A stretch of 64,000 nt of DNA from Candidatus Daviesbacteria bacterium (GTDB lineage: Bacteria > Patescibacteriota > Microgenomatia > Daviesbacterales > UBA10151), in NCBI GenBank assembly GCA_028715175.1, contig JAQUSJ010000001.1:7760-71759 (forward strand). The letters run 5' to 3'. The notes below the pieces were generated by a model. The model saw only the letters and a list, made by a program, of their open reading frames with translations. It was not told the origin of the DNA and searched no databases. The translations under genes were made by a program, and so were the position numbers. Below, piece by piece: positions 47,401 to 56,729 of this stretch (the stretch's first letter is position 1; each line of letters begins with the position of its first letter).

Positions 47401-48804
47401 AAATTCCTGCCTCAGCTCTTCCACAAATCCAGAGGTCATCTGATCTGACCCAAGATCCTTATTCGCTTGCTCTAAAGCCAACTCTTCTCCCCTTGCGACC
47501 AACACTTGTTTGAAATTCATTAGGTTTTGCATTAGCTCATTTGGGTCATACCCCAAAGCTTTATTTTTGAGCATTTGCAGAAAAGATTCTTTGGCAACAC
47601 GGAATTGGGCAGGAGTCCTAGCCTTTATCGTATAATAATTCGGATAACCGCCGTATGGCTCCCAATAAAGTTCTGTTATCTCGCCTTCCTCTTCTTCGCC
47701 TGGGATATGCCATTCGCCTTCTTGATAAGAACCTGGATCTTCACCATTAATTATTTTCCTAAGTTTTCCCCGCGTCCACAGAATATATGCTGTTTCAAGA
47801 TCCATTAACGGGGGATTAACTTCAGGATCTTTTGCTTTACCAAGCAGAGCATCCTCAATGGCCTGCCGGGCTTCTGGTTCCCTCTGCATCAATAAAGCCA
47901 AAGCCTGCTGCTTCGAATAGGTTCTATTCCTAAAACCTAAAAATATTGCATTATAAACCTCATCAACCCCCTTTAGTAACCCTTTTCTATGCGCTTCTTT
48001 AAAATATTTTAGTAAATCATTTTCTACTTGTTCTCTTTCGGGAATTGAAAGATGCAAATTTAGATACTTGGCAGTTAAAGATCCTAAATCCTCGCCTCTT
48101 TTTTCAATATCAGTAAAATCTTCAGGTTCAGGTTCATCTTGCTTTTTTGCCTTTTCAACACCTTTGGCAATTCTTTCTTCATAGGCCTTTTTTATTGCAT
48201 CATGCAGCGTCTGACCGGGCTCACGCTTGACCTTGTGCTCTTCCTCAGAATCAAAATGGTCCTGCAAATATCTGTCTTTTTGTTCGGTTTTCTCAACAAA
48301 AGCAGTTAATCTTCTACACAATTCATAGAGCTTTGGACCATTTTCAGCATCCCATCTAACTTCATAAGGCAACTCCGTTTCCATGTAGGTAATCTGTTCC
48401 ACTAGCCATCTGCCTCTTTCCGGACTAGTCTCCCACTCTGGCCCACTAGTTGGCTCTGGAACTATGGGTCCCTCATCTTCTGCACCTCCTGCTACTTCTA
48501 ACATCCTTGCCATCTCTTCACCTGTTCCTGGATCGATAAAAATCCTATAACCACCCTTTTGTTTTACCGAGTATTCTTCTACTCTTTTAGAGTCAAACGC
48601 CGGTGAGATATGCCAAGATCTTTGAAGATCTTGCTTACCAGATGGCTGAGGTAAAGTTTGTCCCTCAGCTTCGGCTGATCCTGCGCCCTGCAAGGGAACG
48701 GCACCTTCTATATTCTGTGGAGGCCCAGGAGGAATACTCGCTCCTGAGGAGCCTCCCCCCTCTACTGGTGTTCCTTCTGCCATATTTCTTTCTATATTTG
48801 CCAT
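44434..48804 (-). CDS. giant hypothetical protein (1456 aa), no recognised domains
   Basis: Uninterrupted 4.4 kb ORF on the opposite strand, embedded in the T4SS-like locus; Gly/Pro-rich N-terminus; acidic. Confidence 0.5.
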   Translation of the reverse strand: MANIERNMAEGTPVEGGGSSGASIPPGPPQNIEGAVPLQGAGSAEAEGQTLPQPSGKQDLQRSWHISPAFDSKRVEEYSVKQKGGYRIFIDPGTGEEMARMLEVAGGAEDEGPIVPEPTSGPEWETSPERGRWLVEQITYMETELPYEVRWDAENGPKLYELCRRLTAFVEKTEQKDRYLQDHFDSEEEHKVKREPGQTLHDAIKKAYEERIAKGVEKAKKQDEPEPEDFTDIEKRGEDLGSLTAKYLNLHLSIPEREQVENDLLKYFKEAHRKGLLKGVDEVYNAIFLGFRNRTYSKQQALALLMQREPEARQAIEDALLGKAKDPEVNPPLMDLETAYILWTRGKLRKIINGEDPGSYQEGEWHIPGEEEEGEITELYWEPYGGYPNYYTIKARTPAQFRVAKESFLQMLKNKALGYDPNELMQNLMNFKQVLVARGEELALEQANKDLGSDQMTSGFVEELRQEFEGRAFLWHTFYNSEHYNKEGAKQGAMAMAMHEGPQRWVRALRSGEECGVGFHTFCFDNLAMIEFALNAQGSRGQFGDRTQVQEYIRAIIYGIQKERGMGIVLKDYDWRDVDLVSDPELRYKRAVRLEQLDKHLKENDDDLDSFAEDDDREFYLAQRVHPKTNQERIGIHQSAEALKALFDGFDNSDAHRNNYQEYVRNKGLDIDKLPENFPRKLRDSVKLGRIQTLMDELRQEVRTGTVVLGRKEKLIDKLVKLKRIKRQDKRFYDKYYADSETSFDVAMQMQGVTHETTIRGGAVYFVGKNQYVREYLKFRQDNHKEQKASDPDISQWSPAQRRKGFTENQHKGWILDEIAKGRRLDSFPPTEQALYNSLNPADRENLTFDHIPAHLAQKAGMAVVNWIRMKYRDDSPIWQTEGFKERVEGKDENDQYRYPNFRARYREAMVQKALERAVDAIYEKGFAAKFSDADYAANYLDYFDENGELKSGMIELQPIALSQMKLKRPHVFGYSQNGLPIIAFDENSQPIFGYDKSGKPVGLGESDFDATSGKLIIYDKPGGKDRKLIDLGNLILHYGLEDNPKYILTERGDGTFVFVEEVDLDVPTAADSWLALHTAHTYWAYQSNNTHTLLPDYVIDQARQIRDGKLRPEDADIFAGLLLTLDPTLCRVKEFAGEQMTLEGIVFDAAVEESLLGWVGVRNVFKERSLPNDGNKEHMGTGYYTEDLGGDFRFSLQIEALTAKMPDRWARRLKAALSVAPMHADTMAGNLGRHGVMGAVSMMDDKIHELTNQRIASQFAITKFINLMDSSTILWFALIGGTDPKTGDHHEGLLMKPTNNSEDVLKIREKLVEALQKPEGEVEVFHILLENFGRVWDTLRKVRTMYSDQRNAGGALDLRKTDVFLPNGRFNPAIALEKEKNTGTSRHIARMFWNAYVDWLLDKGPGGGAQAYPAEAEVYSFLRKPYYWFVAENGQWVRKYDGRDWAGWLFDKMAL

Positions 48805-49019
48805 AAATTCCTCTCCTTGGGAAATCCATGGCCTATCTCAAGCATAGAACTTCCCAAATCTAACTGTCAAATCTTCTTTTTAGATTTGTTTATCGCTTAT
48901 CGTTAATCGGAAATTTAATATTCGATATACGAAGAGCGATTAGTGTTACAATAAACCATCAACCAATTCTGTGCTTGATTAAATTCTTACAAAATCCTGA
49001 CGGGGTTCAGTTCAAAGGT

Positions 49020-49466
49020 TCAGGACAATCTCTTATTTAAATCTATACTTCTTAGATATTGCAAAAAGTTTGCAGGAGCCATCACCATTATATTAAAATC
49101 CTCTTTTATTTTATCTATCTTAAAATGTTTGGTGTTATAAGAAATTAGATAATTCGCTTTAGCTTTTTTTGCTCCCGCTATAATGTGGGCATCGTCTTGA
49201 TCAACAATATATTCTGAATATTTTACTTTAATTTCTTTTAACTGTTGCTTTAGATATACCTTTTTGAAGCTTCTTTTAAGAAGATTTTTAAGCTCAGTCT
49301 GATCAAGCCCTAATCTATCAGCTACTTCTATTAATTCTTTCTGAGATACATTTGAAATATATAATTTAAGATTAGTTATGCTACTGAGCAAAAGATTAGC
49401 TGCCCCTGATGAAGAAATTAACGAAGAGATGACCACATCTGAGTCAATGAATACCTTTTTAAACAT
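49020..49466 (-). CDS. PIN-domain protein (VapC-like toxin)
   Basis: VFIDSDVVISSL...YLISYNTKHF; acidic residues in PIN positions. Confidence 0.65.
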   Translation of the reverse strand: MFKKVFIDSDVVISSLISSSGAANLLLSSITNLKLYISNVSQKELIEVADRLGLDQTELKNLLKRSFKKVYLKQQLKEIKVKYSEYIVDQDDAHIIAGAKKAKANYLISYNTKHFKIDKIKEDFNIMVMAPANFLQYLRSIDLNKRLS

Positions 49467-49730
49467 TTAACTACTGTTAATCTTAGACCTGATTTTTTTA
49501 ATCTCTGCTTGTATGGTGGGGAGTTGTTTCAGATCTTCCTTTTCAGCCAAATAAAGGTCATAATCCAGTCCGGTGAAAACAAAGGAGATGGAGCTTGCCG
49601 GGACACGATAAACCTTACCGATCTTTTTAGCTATTATCTCGCCCCTTTGAATTAAATCATAAATTGTATTTTTGCTCAGTTGTAGAATATTAGCTACTTG
49701 CTCGGGAGTATATGCTTTAGTGCTAATCAT
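49467..49730 (-). CDS. helix-turn-helix DNA-binding protein (excisionase/MerR-type; antitoxin-like partner of the PIN gene)
   Basis: YTPEQVANILQLSKNTIYDLIQRGEI HTH_17-like; stop abuts the PIN start. Confidence 0.6.
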   Translation of the reverse strand: MISTKAYTPEQVANILQLSKNTIYDLIQRGEIIAKKIGKVYRVPASSISFVFTGLDYDLYLAEKEDLKQLPTIQAEIKKIRSKINSS

Positions 49731-49787
49731 GATTATTTTATACCAAACATTACTAAATTTGTCAATAGGTAATTAAAACCTACAATA

Positions 49788-50696
49788 CTATCCGCATCTT
49801 TTAACTGTCCTACAGCTAGGACAGCTCTGGCCGGCCCTGACAATACAATTTATTGCTTCACCACAAACAGGACAATTCCTACAAAAATCAGGATCTTTAG
49901 TATTTACCCCATCACCCACTACTAAAGAATTCTCTGAAAATACCTGAAAAGCAGTCTTAGGGGGGCAGCTACCAGAGTATGACCCCAACACTTGCTTAAT
50001 AGCCATTTGCGCTTCATCTGTAGAATATAGCCCTGGAATAGAGAAAAACTCTTTTTGGACCATTGTAGCCTGTCTAAGAACCTCTTCTTTCAGTCTTCTA
50101 TCTTCTCCAATTCTGACCATTTCCCATACAGCAGGCGCATCAATTAACTCTTCTAAGGCATGGATCCAAAAATTGCCATGGGTCTTTAAAATCAGCGGGG
50201 TTGCCCTGACCTGATCAAAATTGAAAAAATTTGGCTGGTTCTGGCTAAACTGCGCCAAACCACGGGCAAATTCCAGAGACTGATTCTCATCAAAATCAAA
50301 TAAAATAGCCCGGTTAAATAATCTTTTGAGACCATTCTTATACTCTATCTCGCTGACAATTATTTTTAAGACAGAATATGCTCCAAGATAGGGAGGGCTA
50401 ACCCAGACAATTACTCCCTCATTACGACTGACTGCCCACTCTTCCATAGCAACTACCGCTCTATATTCCAACTGACCCAGGTGACTAGTTTTATCTTCAA
50501 TTGTATCTTTGACCCTGCAATGAGCGGTAGGAGAAAATAACTCTCCGTTTGATCTAACTTCAAAATAATAAGGGTCAGGAACTCTGTGAGTTTCGAGGCT
50601 GTAAGAAGCTATCTCTTCAACAACTTGCTTTTCAGGTTTACCTTGCCAATTTTTGATAAAAGAAGTTATTTCTGGTCGTTCTAGTGATACTGACAT
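49788..50696 (-). CDS. hypothetical protein with C-terminal Cys-rich zinc ribbon
   Basis: CRNCPVCGEAINCIVRAGQSCPSCRTVKRCG at the C-terminus. Confidence 0.35.
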   Translation of the reverse strand: MSVSLERPEITSFIKNWQGKPEKQVVEEIASYSLETHRVPDPYYFEVRSNGELFSPTAHCRVKDTIEDKTSHLGQLEYRAVVAMEEWAVSRNEGVIVWVSPPYLGAYSVLKIIVSEIEYKNGLKRLFNRAILFDFDENQSLEFARGLAQFSQNQPNFFNFDQVRATPLILKTHGNFWIHALEELIDAPAVWEMVRIGEDRRLKEEVLRQATMVQKEFFSIPGLYSTDEAQMAIKQVLGSYSGSCPPKTAFQVFSENSLVVGDGVNTKDPDFCRNCPVCGEAINCIVRAGQSCPSCRTVKRCG

Positions 50697-50756
50697 ATTG
50701 CTCCTGCTCGGGATAGAATCTCGCCGTTAGGCGAAGTGGTCGGTCTCCTGACTTAA

Positions 50757-50838
50757 TCAGCTCTCAGCTTTCAGTCTTCAGCTATCAGACTAAAAATTCT
50801 TGTCTGACAACTGATGACCGACGACTGATGACTGAAAT
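50757..50838. repeat. dispersed imperfect-palindrome repeat element, divergent copy C
   Basis: tcagctctcagctttcagtcttcagctatcagac-taaaaattcttg-gtctgacaactgatgaccgacgactgatgactgaaatc. Confidence 0.45.
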
Positions 50839-51145
50839 CACAGTTGCGGCACAGTCCAGGATTCTCACCTGATTCCCTTTTTAAGAGCGAAGCTCGCAAG
50901 CTCCGCTTATTTCTTCTCCCGCCAGAGGCGGGATGAAATACCACAACGTTAGAATAACAACTCAAAACTCAAATGTCAAAACTCAAAACTAAAACTTAAA
51001 ATCTTAAAATTTTAAAACCTTTGAGATTTAAGATGCAGATTTGCGATTTGAGATCTAAGATTTGAGATTAATATGGATTGCCCCATAATGATCTGTTTTG
51101 TGACTCTTGCCATCATTTTTTTCACGATGTATATAGATAGTATCT

Positions 51146-52165
51146 ATGGAAGAAGTACATCCAATCCCGCAAAATGTGACAAGTTTCCAGTTCAAGCTGG
51201 TTGGGGATATGACCCTAAAGCAATTCGGCTATCTGGCTGCCGGCGCAGGTTTTGCTTATCTGGTTTTTGTCCTTTTCTCGCACGATTATCCAATCATAGC
51301 CTGGCCGATTGTTTTTTCTTCAACCATTTTAGGCATTGCTTTTGCTTTTGTGCCGATTGGATCACGGGCGCTGGACCACTGGTTAGCAGCATTTTTGAAA
51401 GCTGTTTATTCTCCTACTAAAAGAGCCTGGGCGAAAAACGGAAAAACTTACAAAGAAGACCCGTTGTTTGACAGCCGTCTGGTGATGTATCTTGCCGGTA
51501 CTCAAAATGCTCCTCCGGCCAAACCATCTGCTGCAACCATCACTCAAATTGCACGCCCCGCACCTTTACCAACACAAGAGAAGCTGCAAAAAACAGTAGA
51601 CCTGGCTCAAGAGGCACAACAACTGCAAATGAAGATCATCCAGTCGGAGCGGACTTTATCGCAAATTAAGGAACAGGCAACGCAACCCACACCTATACCC
51701 GTTGACTATAGCCAACAAGCCAGTAAGATCTTAACGGATTTAAAAAACCTGGTTAATCAAGCTTCCGAAGTAAAACAGCAAATTAAATCTATCCAGGAAC
51801 CAACAGTTCAACCTCAGGTTCCTATTTCCGAACCTGTCTTCAGAGAAAAAGTCAAAGTAATAGTGCCTGTGAAACCCAAACAAGCACAGATTGCGCTAAC
51901 TACATTTCCAAATGTCATAAACGGTATTGTCAAAGACAGGAACAATAATTATCTGGAAGGCGTAGTGGCAGTTATCTACGACAAAGAGGGCCTGCCTGTC
52001 CGGGCCCTAAAAACAAATAAACTCGGTCAATTTACCGGTTCAACACCGCTGCCTAATAAAACTTATACTTTGGAGCTTGAAAAAGACAATTATACTTTTG
52101 ATGTATTGCAGATTGAATTAACCGGAGAAGTTTTACCGCCTTTAGTGATTACAGCAAAATCATGA
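51146..52165 (+). CDS. PrgI-family (VirB3-like) membrane protein with extended C-terminal region
   Basis: N-terminus IPQNVTSFQFKLVGDMTLKQFGYLAAGAGFAYLVF with two TM helices is typical of the PrgI family preceding VirB4 in Gram-positive T4SS. Confidence 0.5.
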   Translation: MEEVHPIPQNVTSFQFKLVGDMTLKQFGYLAAGAGFAYLVFVLFSHDYPIIAWPIVFSSTILGIAFAFVPIGSRALDHWLAAFLKAVYSPTKRAWAKNGKTYKEDPLFDSRLVMYLAGTQNAPPAKPSAATITQIARPAPLPTQEKLQKTVDLAQEAQQLQMKIIQSERTLSQIKEQATQPTPIPVDYSQQASKILTDLKNLVNQASEVKQQIKSIQEPTVQPQVPISEPVFREKVKVIVPVKPKQAQIALTTFPNVINGIVKDRNNNYLEGVVAVIYDKEGLPVRALKTNKLGQFTGSTPLPNKTYTLELEKDNYTFDVLQIELTGEVLPPLVITAKS

Positions 52166-52932
52166 ATACAACACAGGAACATTTATCTATTTCAGATATT
52201 CGGGACGATATTCTTTTGCTGAAAGACGGGGGCGGGGCGCTTGTTCTGCAAGTCAGCGCTGTTAATTTTGGCTTACTTTCAGACAGGGAACAGGTGGCTA
52301 TCATTTCCGCATTCGCCCAAATGCTTAATTCCTTATCATTCAGCATCCAAATTGTCATCCATTCGGAAAGGCTCAACATCAGCTCTTATCTGAAAATATT
52401 GGATGACGCCAAAAAAGCCCAAAACAACCCGCTGCTTTCACAAATGATTACGGGATATAGACAATTTATCCAAACTACAATCAAAGAAAATGAGGTATTG
52501 GATAAAAGGTTTTATATTGTCATTCCGCTTTTCGCGCTAGAGCTGGGGCTAACTCCATCCAGAGAAAGTTTGGAGGGAAAAATTAAAACAATACTCATAC
52601 CAAGACGGGATCAAATTGTCAGACAGCTAGGCAGAGTCAATCTGAAAGCGATGCATCTGACCAAACAAAAATTGATTGAAGTTTTTTATTATATCTATAA
52701 TGGTCAAGTTGAGGAAAAACCGCCGGGACAAATCGTCAATCCGCAAGAATTAGCAGTTAAATTAAAACAACCCGTTCGACTCGCTGACGCTCGCTCAGGG
52801 CCTTCGGCCGCACAACCAACTTTTAATCCCGCAGCACAACAGCCAACATCACCAATCCCACCTGTGACAGAACCAATAACCACTCAAGGCACAAAAACAC
52901 ATCCTTTTGTAGTGGAGGAGTTAGGAGAATGA
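52162..52932 (+). CDS. VirB4/TcpF/PrgJ-type ATPase, N-terminal domain (separately encoded)
   Basis: LSISDIRDDILLLKDGGGALVLQVSAVNFGLLSDREQVAIISAFAQMLNSLSFSIQIVIHSERL matches the N-terminus of Gram-positive VirB4 homologs; ATGA overlap with the next ORF. Confidence 0.55.
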   Translation: MNTTQEHLSISDIRDDILLLKDGGGALVLQVSAVNFGLLSDREQVAIISAFAQMLNSLSFSIQIVIHSERLNISSYLKILDDAKKAQNNPLLSQMITGYRQFIQTTIKENEVLDKRFYIVIPLFALELGLTPSRESLEGKIKTILIPRRDQIVRQLGRVNLKAMHLTKQKLIEVFYYIYNGQVEEKPPGQIVNPQELAVKLKQPVRLADARSGPSAAQPTFNPAAQQPTSPIPPVTEPITTQGTKTHPFVVEELGE

Positions 52933-54698
52933 AGCTACCAAATTTATTTAGAAAAACAAAAACTCAGGAACAACTGCAACCCCAATTAACCGTTGAGGAT
53001 GTGATTGCTCCGGGCGAAATAGAAGTGGAGTTTAGTCATCTGAAGATAGACAGCCGTTTTTTCCGGACTTATTTTGTATCGGCTTACCCCAGATTTGTTG
53101 AGCCTAACTGGCTTGAACCGCTAATTTCTTTTGACCATTCGCTCCTTGTTTCGATGTTTATTTACCCGTCGCAATCGCAAGGAGTACTGGATGAACTAAA
53201 GCGCAAAGTAGCTGAAATGGAAGCCACGATCCAGACCGATCTTGAACGGGGCAGAGCAGTGGATCCTGCGGTCGAAGTAGCCTTGGAAGATGCACGGAGC
53301 TTACAAGACCAGCTTGTCAGGGGGGTTGAACGATTCTTTCAATTTACCCTCTATATTACTGTGCCGGCAGAGAGCCTGGAAGAGCTGCAAAGCACTTCAA
53401 AACTGGTTGAATCAACACTTGCTTCCCTTTCTATAACCGCCAGACAGGTAACACTGCAAATGGAGGACGGCTTCAAATCCACCTTGCCGCAAGGAAAAGA
53501 TCTTCTAAATCTCGCCCATAACATGGATACCACGTCGCTAGCTACAACTTTCCCGTTTGCCTCGTCTGAACTGACTGCCAACGAGGGAATCATGTACGGC
53601 ATTAACGAGCATAATGGTTCCCTGATTTTATTTGACAGATTCAGTTTAGAAAATGCAAACTCGGTTATTTTCGCCAAAAGCGGAGCCGGCAAATCGTATT
53701 TAGTTAAACTTGAAGCCCTCAGATCTTTAATGTTTGGGACAGAAATAATTGTCATTGACCCGGAGCAGGAATACAAAATTTTGGCTCAGGCTGTTGGCGG
53801 AGAATATATTAATTTCTCCCCTTCGTCTCCGGTAAAAATCAATCCGTTTGATATGTCAGCCGAAGTAACTCCGGGTGAAAATGAACTGGGCCGTAAAATT
53901 CTGTCTTTAACCGGTTTTTTAAAATTGGTTTTGGGAACGCTAAATGCCCAAGAAGCCGCCATACTGGATAGAGCCTTAAAACAAACATACCAGCTCAAAG
54001 GAATCACAGATGATCCTAAAACCCAAACCAATCCGCCAGCTGGCGGACCTCCTTTAATGGAAGATTTATACAAAGTTTTAATCGGCATGGAAGAAGCTGT
54101 AGCTATGGAACTGGCAGCCCGCTTGGAGCGATTTATTAAAGGATCGCTCGCCGGTATTTTCTCCACCCAATCCAATGTTGATATTTCCAACTCGTTTACA
54201 GTATTTTCGGTCCGCGATTTGCCGGACCAGCTAAGACCGCTATCCATCCATATGATCTTAGACTATATATGGACCAAGATCAGAGGCAAACTCAAGAAAA
54301 GACTTTTGATTGTTGATGAAGCATGGTATTTGATGCGGAATCAGGATTCGGCGGATTTTTTGGTAGATATGGCCAAACGTGCCAGGAAATATTATTTAGG
54401 CTTAACTACCATTACGCAAGACGTGGAGGATTTCTTGAGTAACGAGCGGGGCAAAGAAATTATTTCCAATTCATCAATCCAAATTCTCCTGAAACAAGCT
54501 CCTGCTTCAATCGACCTTTTGGCCCATGTTTTTAACCTGTCAGAAGGGGAACAGAGACTTTTGATGTCAGAAGGAATTGGTGAAGGGATATTTTTTGCCG
54601 GCAATACCCATGTGGCAATGAGGGTGGTGGCTTCTCCGGAGGAACATCAATTGATTACCTCAAATCCTGCTGAAATACTGGCAAGACAGAAGATTTAG
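52929..54698 (+). CDS. VirB4/TcpF/PrgJ-type ATPase, C-terminal P-loop domain
   Basis: Walker A IFAKSGAGKSYLV, Walker B LLIVDEAWYLM, typical CagE/TrbE/VirB4 C-terminal region. Confidence 0.75.
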   Translation: MKLPNLFRKTKTQEQLQPQLTVEDVIAPGEIEVEFSHLKIDSRFFRTYFVSAYPRFVEPNWLEPLISFDHSLLVSMFIYPSQSQGVLDELKRKVAEMEATIQTDLERGRAVDPAVEVALEDARSLQDQLVRGVERFFQFTLYITVPAESLEELQSTSKLVESTLASLSITARQVTLQMEDGFKSTLPQGKDLLNLAHNMDTTSLATTFPFASSELTANEGIMYGINEHNGSLILFDRFSLENANSVIFAKSGAGKSYLVKLEALRSLMFGTEIIVIDPEQEYKILAQAVGGEYINFSPSSPVKINPFDMSAEVTPGENELGRKILSLTGFLKLVLGTLNAQEAAILDRALKQTYQLKGITDDPKTQTNPPAGGPPLMEDLYKVLIGMEEAVAMELAARLERFIKGSLAGIFSTQSNVDISNSFTVFSVRDLPDQLRPLSIHMILDYIWTKIRGKLKKRLLIVDEAWYLMRNQDSADFLVDMAKRARKYYLGLTTITQDVEDFLSNERGKEIISNSSIQILLKQAPASIDLLAHVFNLSEGEQRLLMSEGIGEGIFFAGNTHVAMRVVASPEEHQLITSNPAEILARQKI

Positions 54699-54713
54699 TG
54701 ATACCTTAATCTT

Positions 54714-56729
54714 ATGGCCCAATTCTTAAAAGCAAAGTTTTTAAGCGATGCTTTAAAGTGGAAAGCTGATTCGAGGCATGCAGCTGACAAATACTTTGCA
54801 GGTTTAAAGTATGATCCTTTCATCTTTCAACAAGCAAGATTAACTTTCCCCTCATATGATAAACGCTACCCTGTTCCGGCTAATAAAGAATTTGCTGAAA
54901 ACTTTGCCAGAGATTTAGCAAATCCAACCAGAAATAAAGAACTACTGAGAATAATCAACCCAGAGATTCTTACCCCAGAGTTGGAGGCGGCAAATCAACA
55001 GTTTGAGACAGCAGCGCGCCTGGAACAGCAGCAAGTAGCCCAGGCAACCGGCCAACCACCTGTCCAACCATTTTCCTTATCTGCACCACCCAGACCAATG
55101 CAACCGCGCATCATTCCTACTGTGGTAACCCCACCAGTAACCAAGGAAGAAGCAGCTGCCAAAACGCCGACAGAGGTACCTGCTGCCCAACCTCCCCCAG
55201 CCTCAACCCAACTTCCCCCACTGCCACAACAAATATTCAATGCTAATAGAAGCGGAATAGTCGCAAGAATGCGTAACATACAACCTCCCAACTGGCTGAA
55301 AAATCTTGGATCTAGTACGCGAATATTTGCCAGAAAGAATTTGGGCAGGATATTTGACGGCCTTAGAGGGATTATTGGAGGAATAGGCAGAGGAGTAGGA
55401 GGAGCTGTCAGCACAGGATTGGGCGCTACCGCTCCATCCTTAGGTCGAGCATTTCACGGGGGCTTAAATGCTGTTGGAAGAATTACCCAACCAGGAGGAG
55501 TTGATGGAATACCTTCGGGAGGATTAGTCAAATCACCTGTTGGGAAAAGAGGTGCTATAGCTCTACTTTTAGCAATGTTCCTGTTTGTCTTTATATCAGG
55601 TTTTCTGGGAGGATTAACAGAACCCACTTCGTCCCTTAAAGCTGCATCATTACCATCAGGCGGTGGAGATATCAGTAGTTGTAAATTCACCAGATCAGGC
55701 AACTCTCAACTCATCAAAAGCTCTATTCTCTCGGGTTGGATTAGCGGCGTAGCAGCTTCAGCGGGAATCCCACCAGCAGCTTTAGCCAGCATAGCTATGC
55801 ATGAAAATCCGAATTTTACAACCAACGCTGACAATAACCATGACGCTATAACATCTAACCAGTTTTGTAATAAAGGTGTAATGTTTTGCGAGGATGGACA
55901 GGGGCATGTTTTACATACCAAAGCAGACGATGGCATAAACGACCCTTGTACGCCAGCTGAAATTGCGACCGGGAATAGAACCGCTCAAGCAGTTGGATTA
56001 ATGCAAATTCTTGATATCTATAACCCAGGAAAAGATTTATGCAGTATCACGGAAAATTTAGCTATCGCAGCGGCAAAACTCAAAGCAAGCGGGATGACAG
56101 TACAACCCACTCAGGACCAAGTTAACGCTTCTATCAGTGGTTATTACAATGGCTGTACATATGGAAACTACAATTACTGTAATGAGGTCTGGCAAGATCT
56201 ACAAAACTGCCAAGTACAACCCGGAATTCCTCCTGTAGGCGGAGATTTTGCCAGCCAGTTAGTTGATAAAATCAAAAAATCATTGGCTTGCAATGGCTTT
56301 GTGACAATTTTTAATCATGATGCCTGCATAGCTTCAATCCAACCCATTCCACAGCTGTCTGCCCAGGCAATCCATAATTCAGTATTTAATGTAACGGGTA
56401 ATGTTTTACAATGTGTTGGCTTTGCACAAGCAATTGCTACAGATTTAATTGGAACAACCGGAAATGCGATTAACTATATATCAAATAATATCCCAGGTTA
56501 TCGTTTTATTATCCGAGAAAATAATCAAATTCAAGTAGGTGATTTACCTGTTTGGAGTGCGACTACTGATAGACGATACGGGCATATCGCTTATGTAACG
56601 AGTGTTCAAAATAACGGTACATTTCAAGTGGCAGAAGCAAATTTTTGCCCACAAGATTGTGGTAAAGTAGATTTACGAATTGATTCAGTTAATGACGATC
56701 AAATAGTTGGCTGGCTAAGGAAGAGATGA
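54714..56729 (+). CDS. T4SS-associated peptidoglycan hydrolase (PrgK/TcpG-like) with C-terminal CHAP domain
   Basis: CHAP Cys/His (LQCVGFAQA...RYGHIAYV); central region with transglycosylase-like IAMHENPNF; TM helix; Pro-rich linker. Confidence 0.65.
   Translation: MAQFLKAKFLSDALKWKADSRHAADKYFAGLKYDPFIFQQARLTFPSYDKRYPVPANKEFAENFARDLANPTRNKELLRIINPEILTPELEAANQQFETAARLEQQQVAQATGQPPVQPFSLSAPPRPMQPRIIPTVVTPPVTKEEAAAKTPTEVPAAQPPPASTQLPPLPQQIFNANRSGIVARMRNIQPPNWLKNLGSSTRIFARKNLGRIFDGLRGIIGGIGRGVGGAVSTGLGATAPSLGRAFHGGLNAVGRITQPGGVDGIPSGGLVKSPVGKRGAIALLLAMFLFVFISGFLGGLTEPTSSLKAASLPSGGGDISSCKFTRSGNSQLIKSSILSGWISGVAASAGIPPAALASIAMHENPNFTTNADNNHDAITSNQFCNKGVMFCEDGQGHVLHTKADDGINDPCTPAEIATGNRTAQAVGLMQILDIYNPGKDLCSITENLAIAAAKLKASGMTVQPTQDQVNASISGYYNGCTYGNYNYCNEVWQDLQNCQVQPGIPPVGGDFASQLVDKIKKSLACNGFVTIFNHDACIASIQPIPQLSAQAIHNSVFNVTGNVLQCVGFAQAIATDLIGTTGNAINYISNNIPGYRFIIRENNQIQVGDLPVWSATTDRRYGHIAYVTSVQNNGTFQVAEANFCPQDCGKVDLRIDSVNDDQIVGWLRKR

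Noticed and set aside
50940-51075. Possible CRISPR array (short repeated words)
   Set aside because: Repeats are irregular 6-10-nt low-complexity words without uniform repeat/spacer periodicity and there are no cas genes; regarded as AT-rich promoter DNA.
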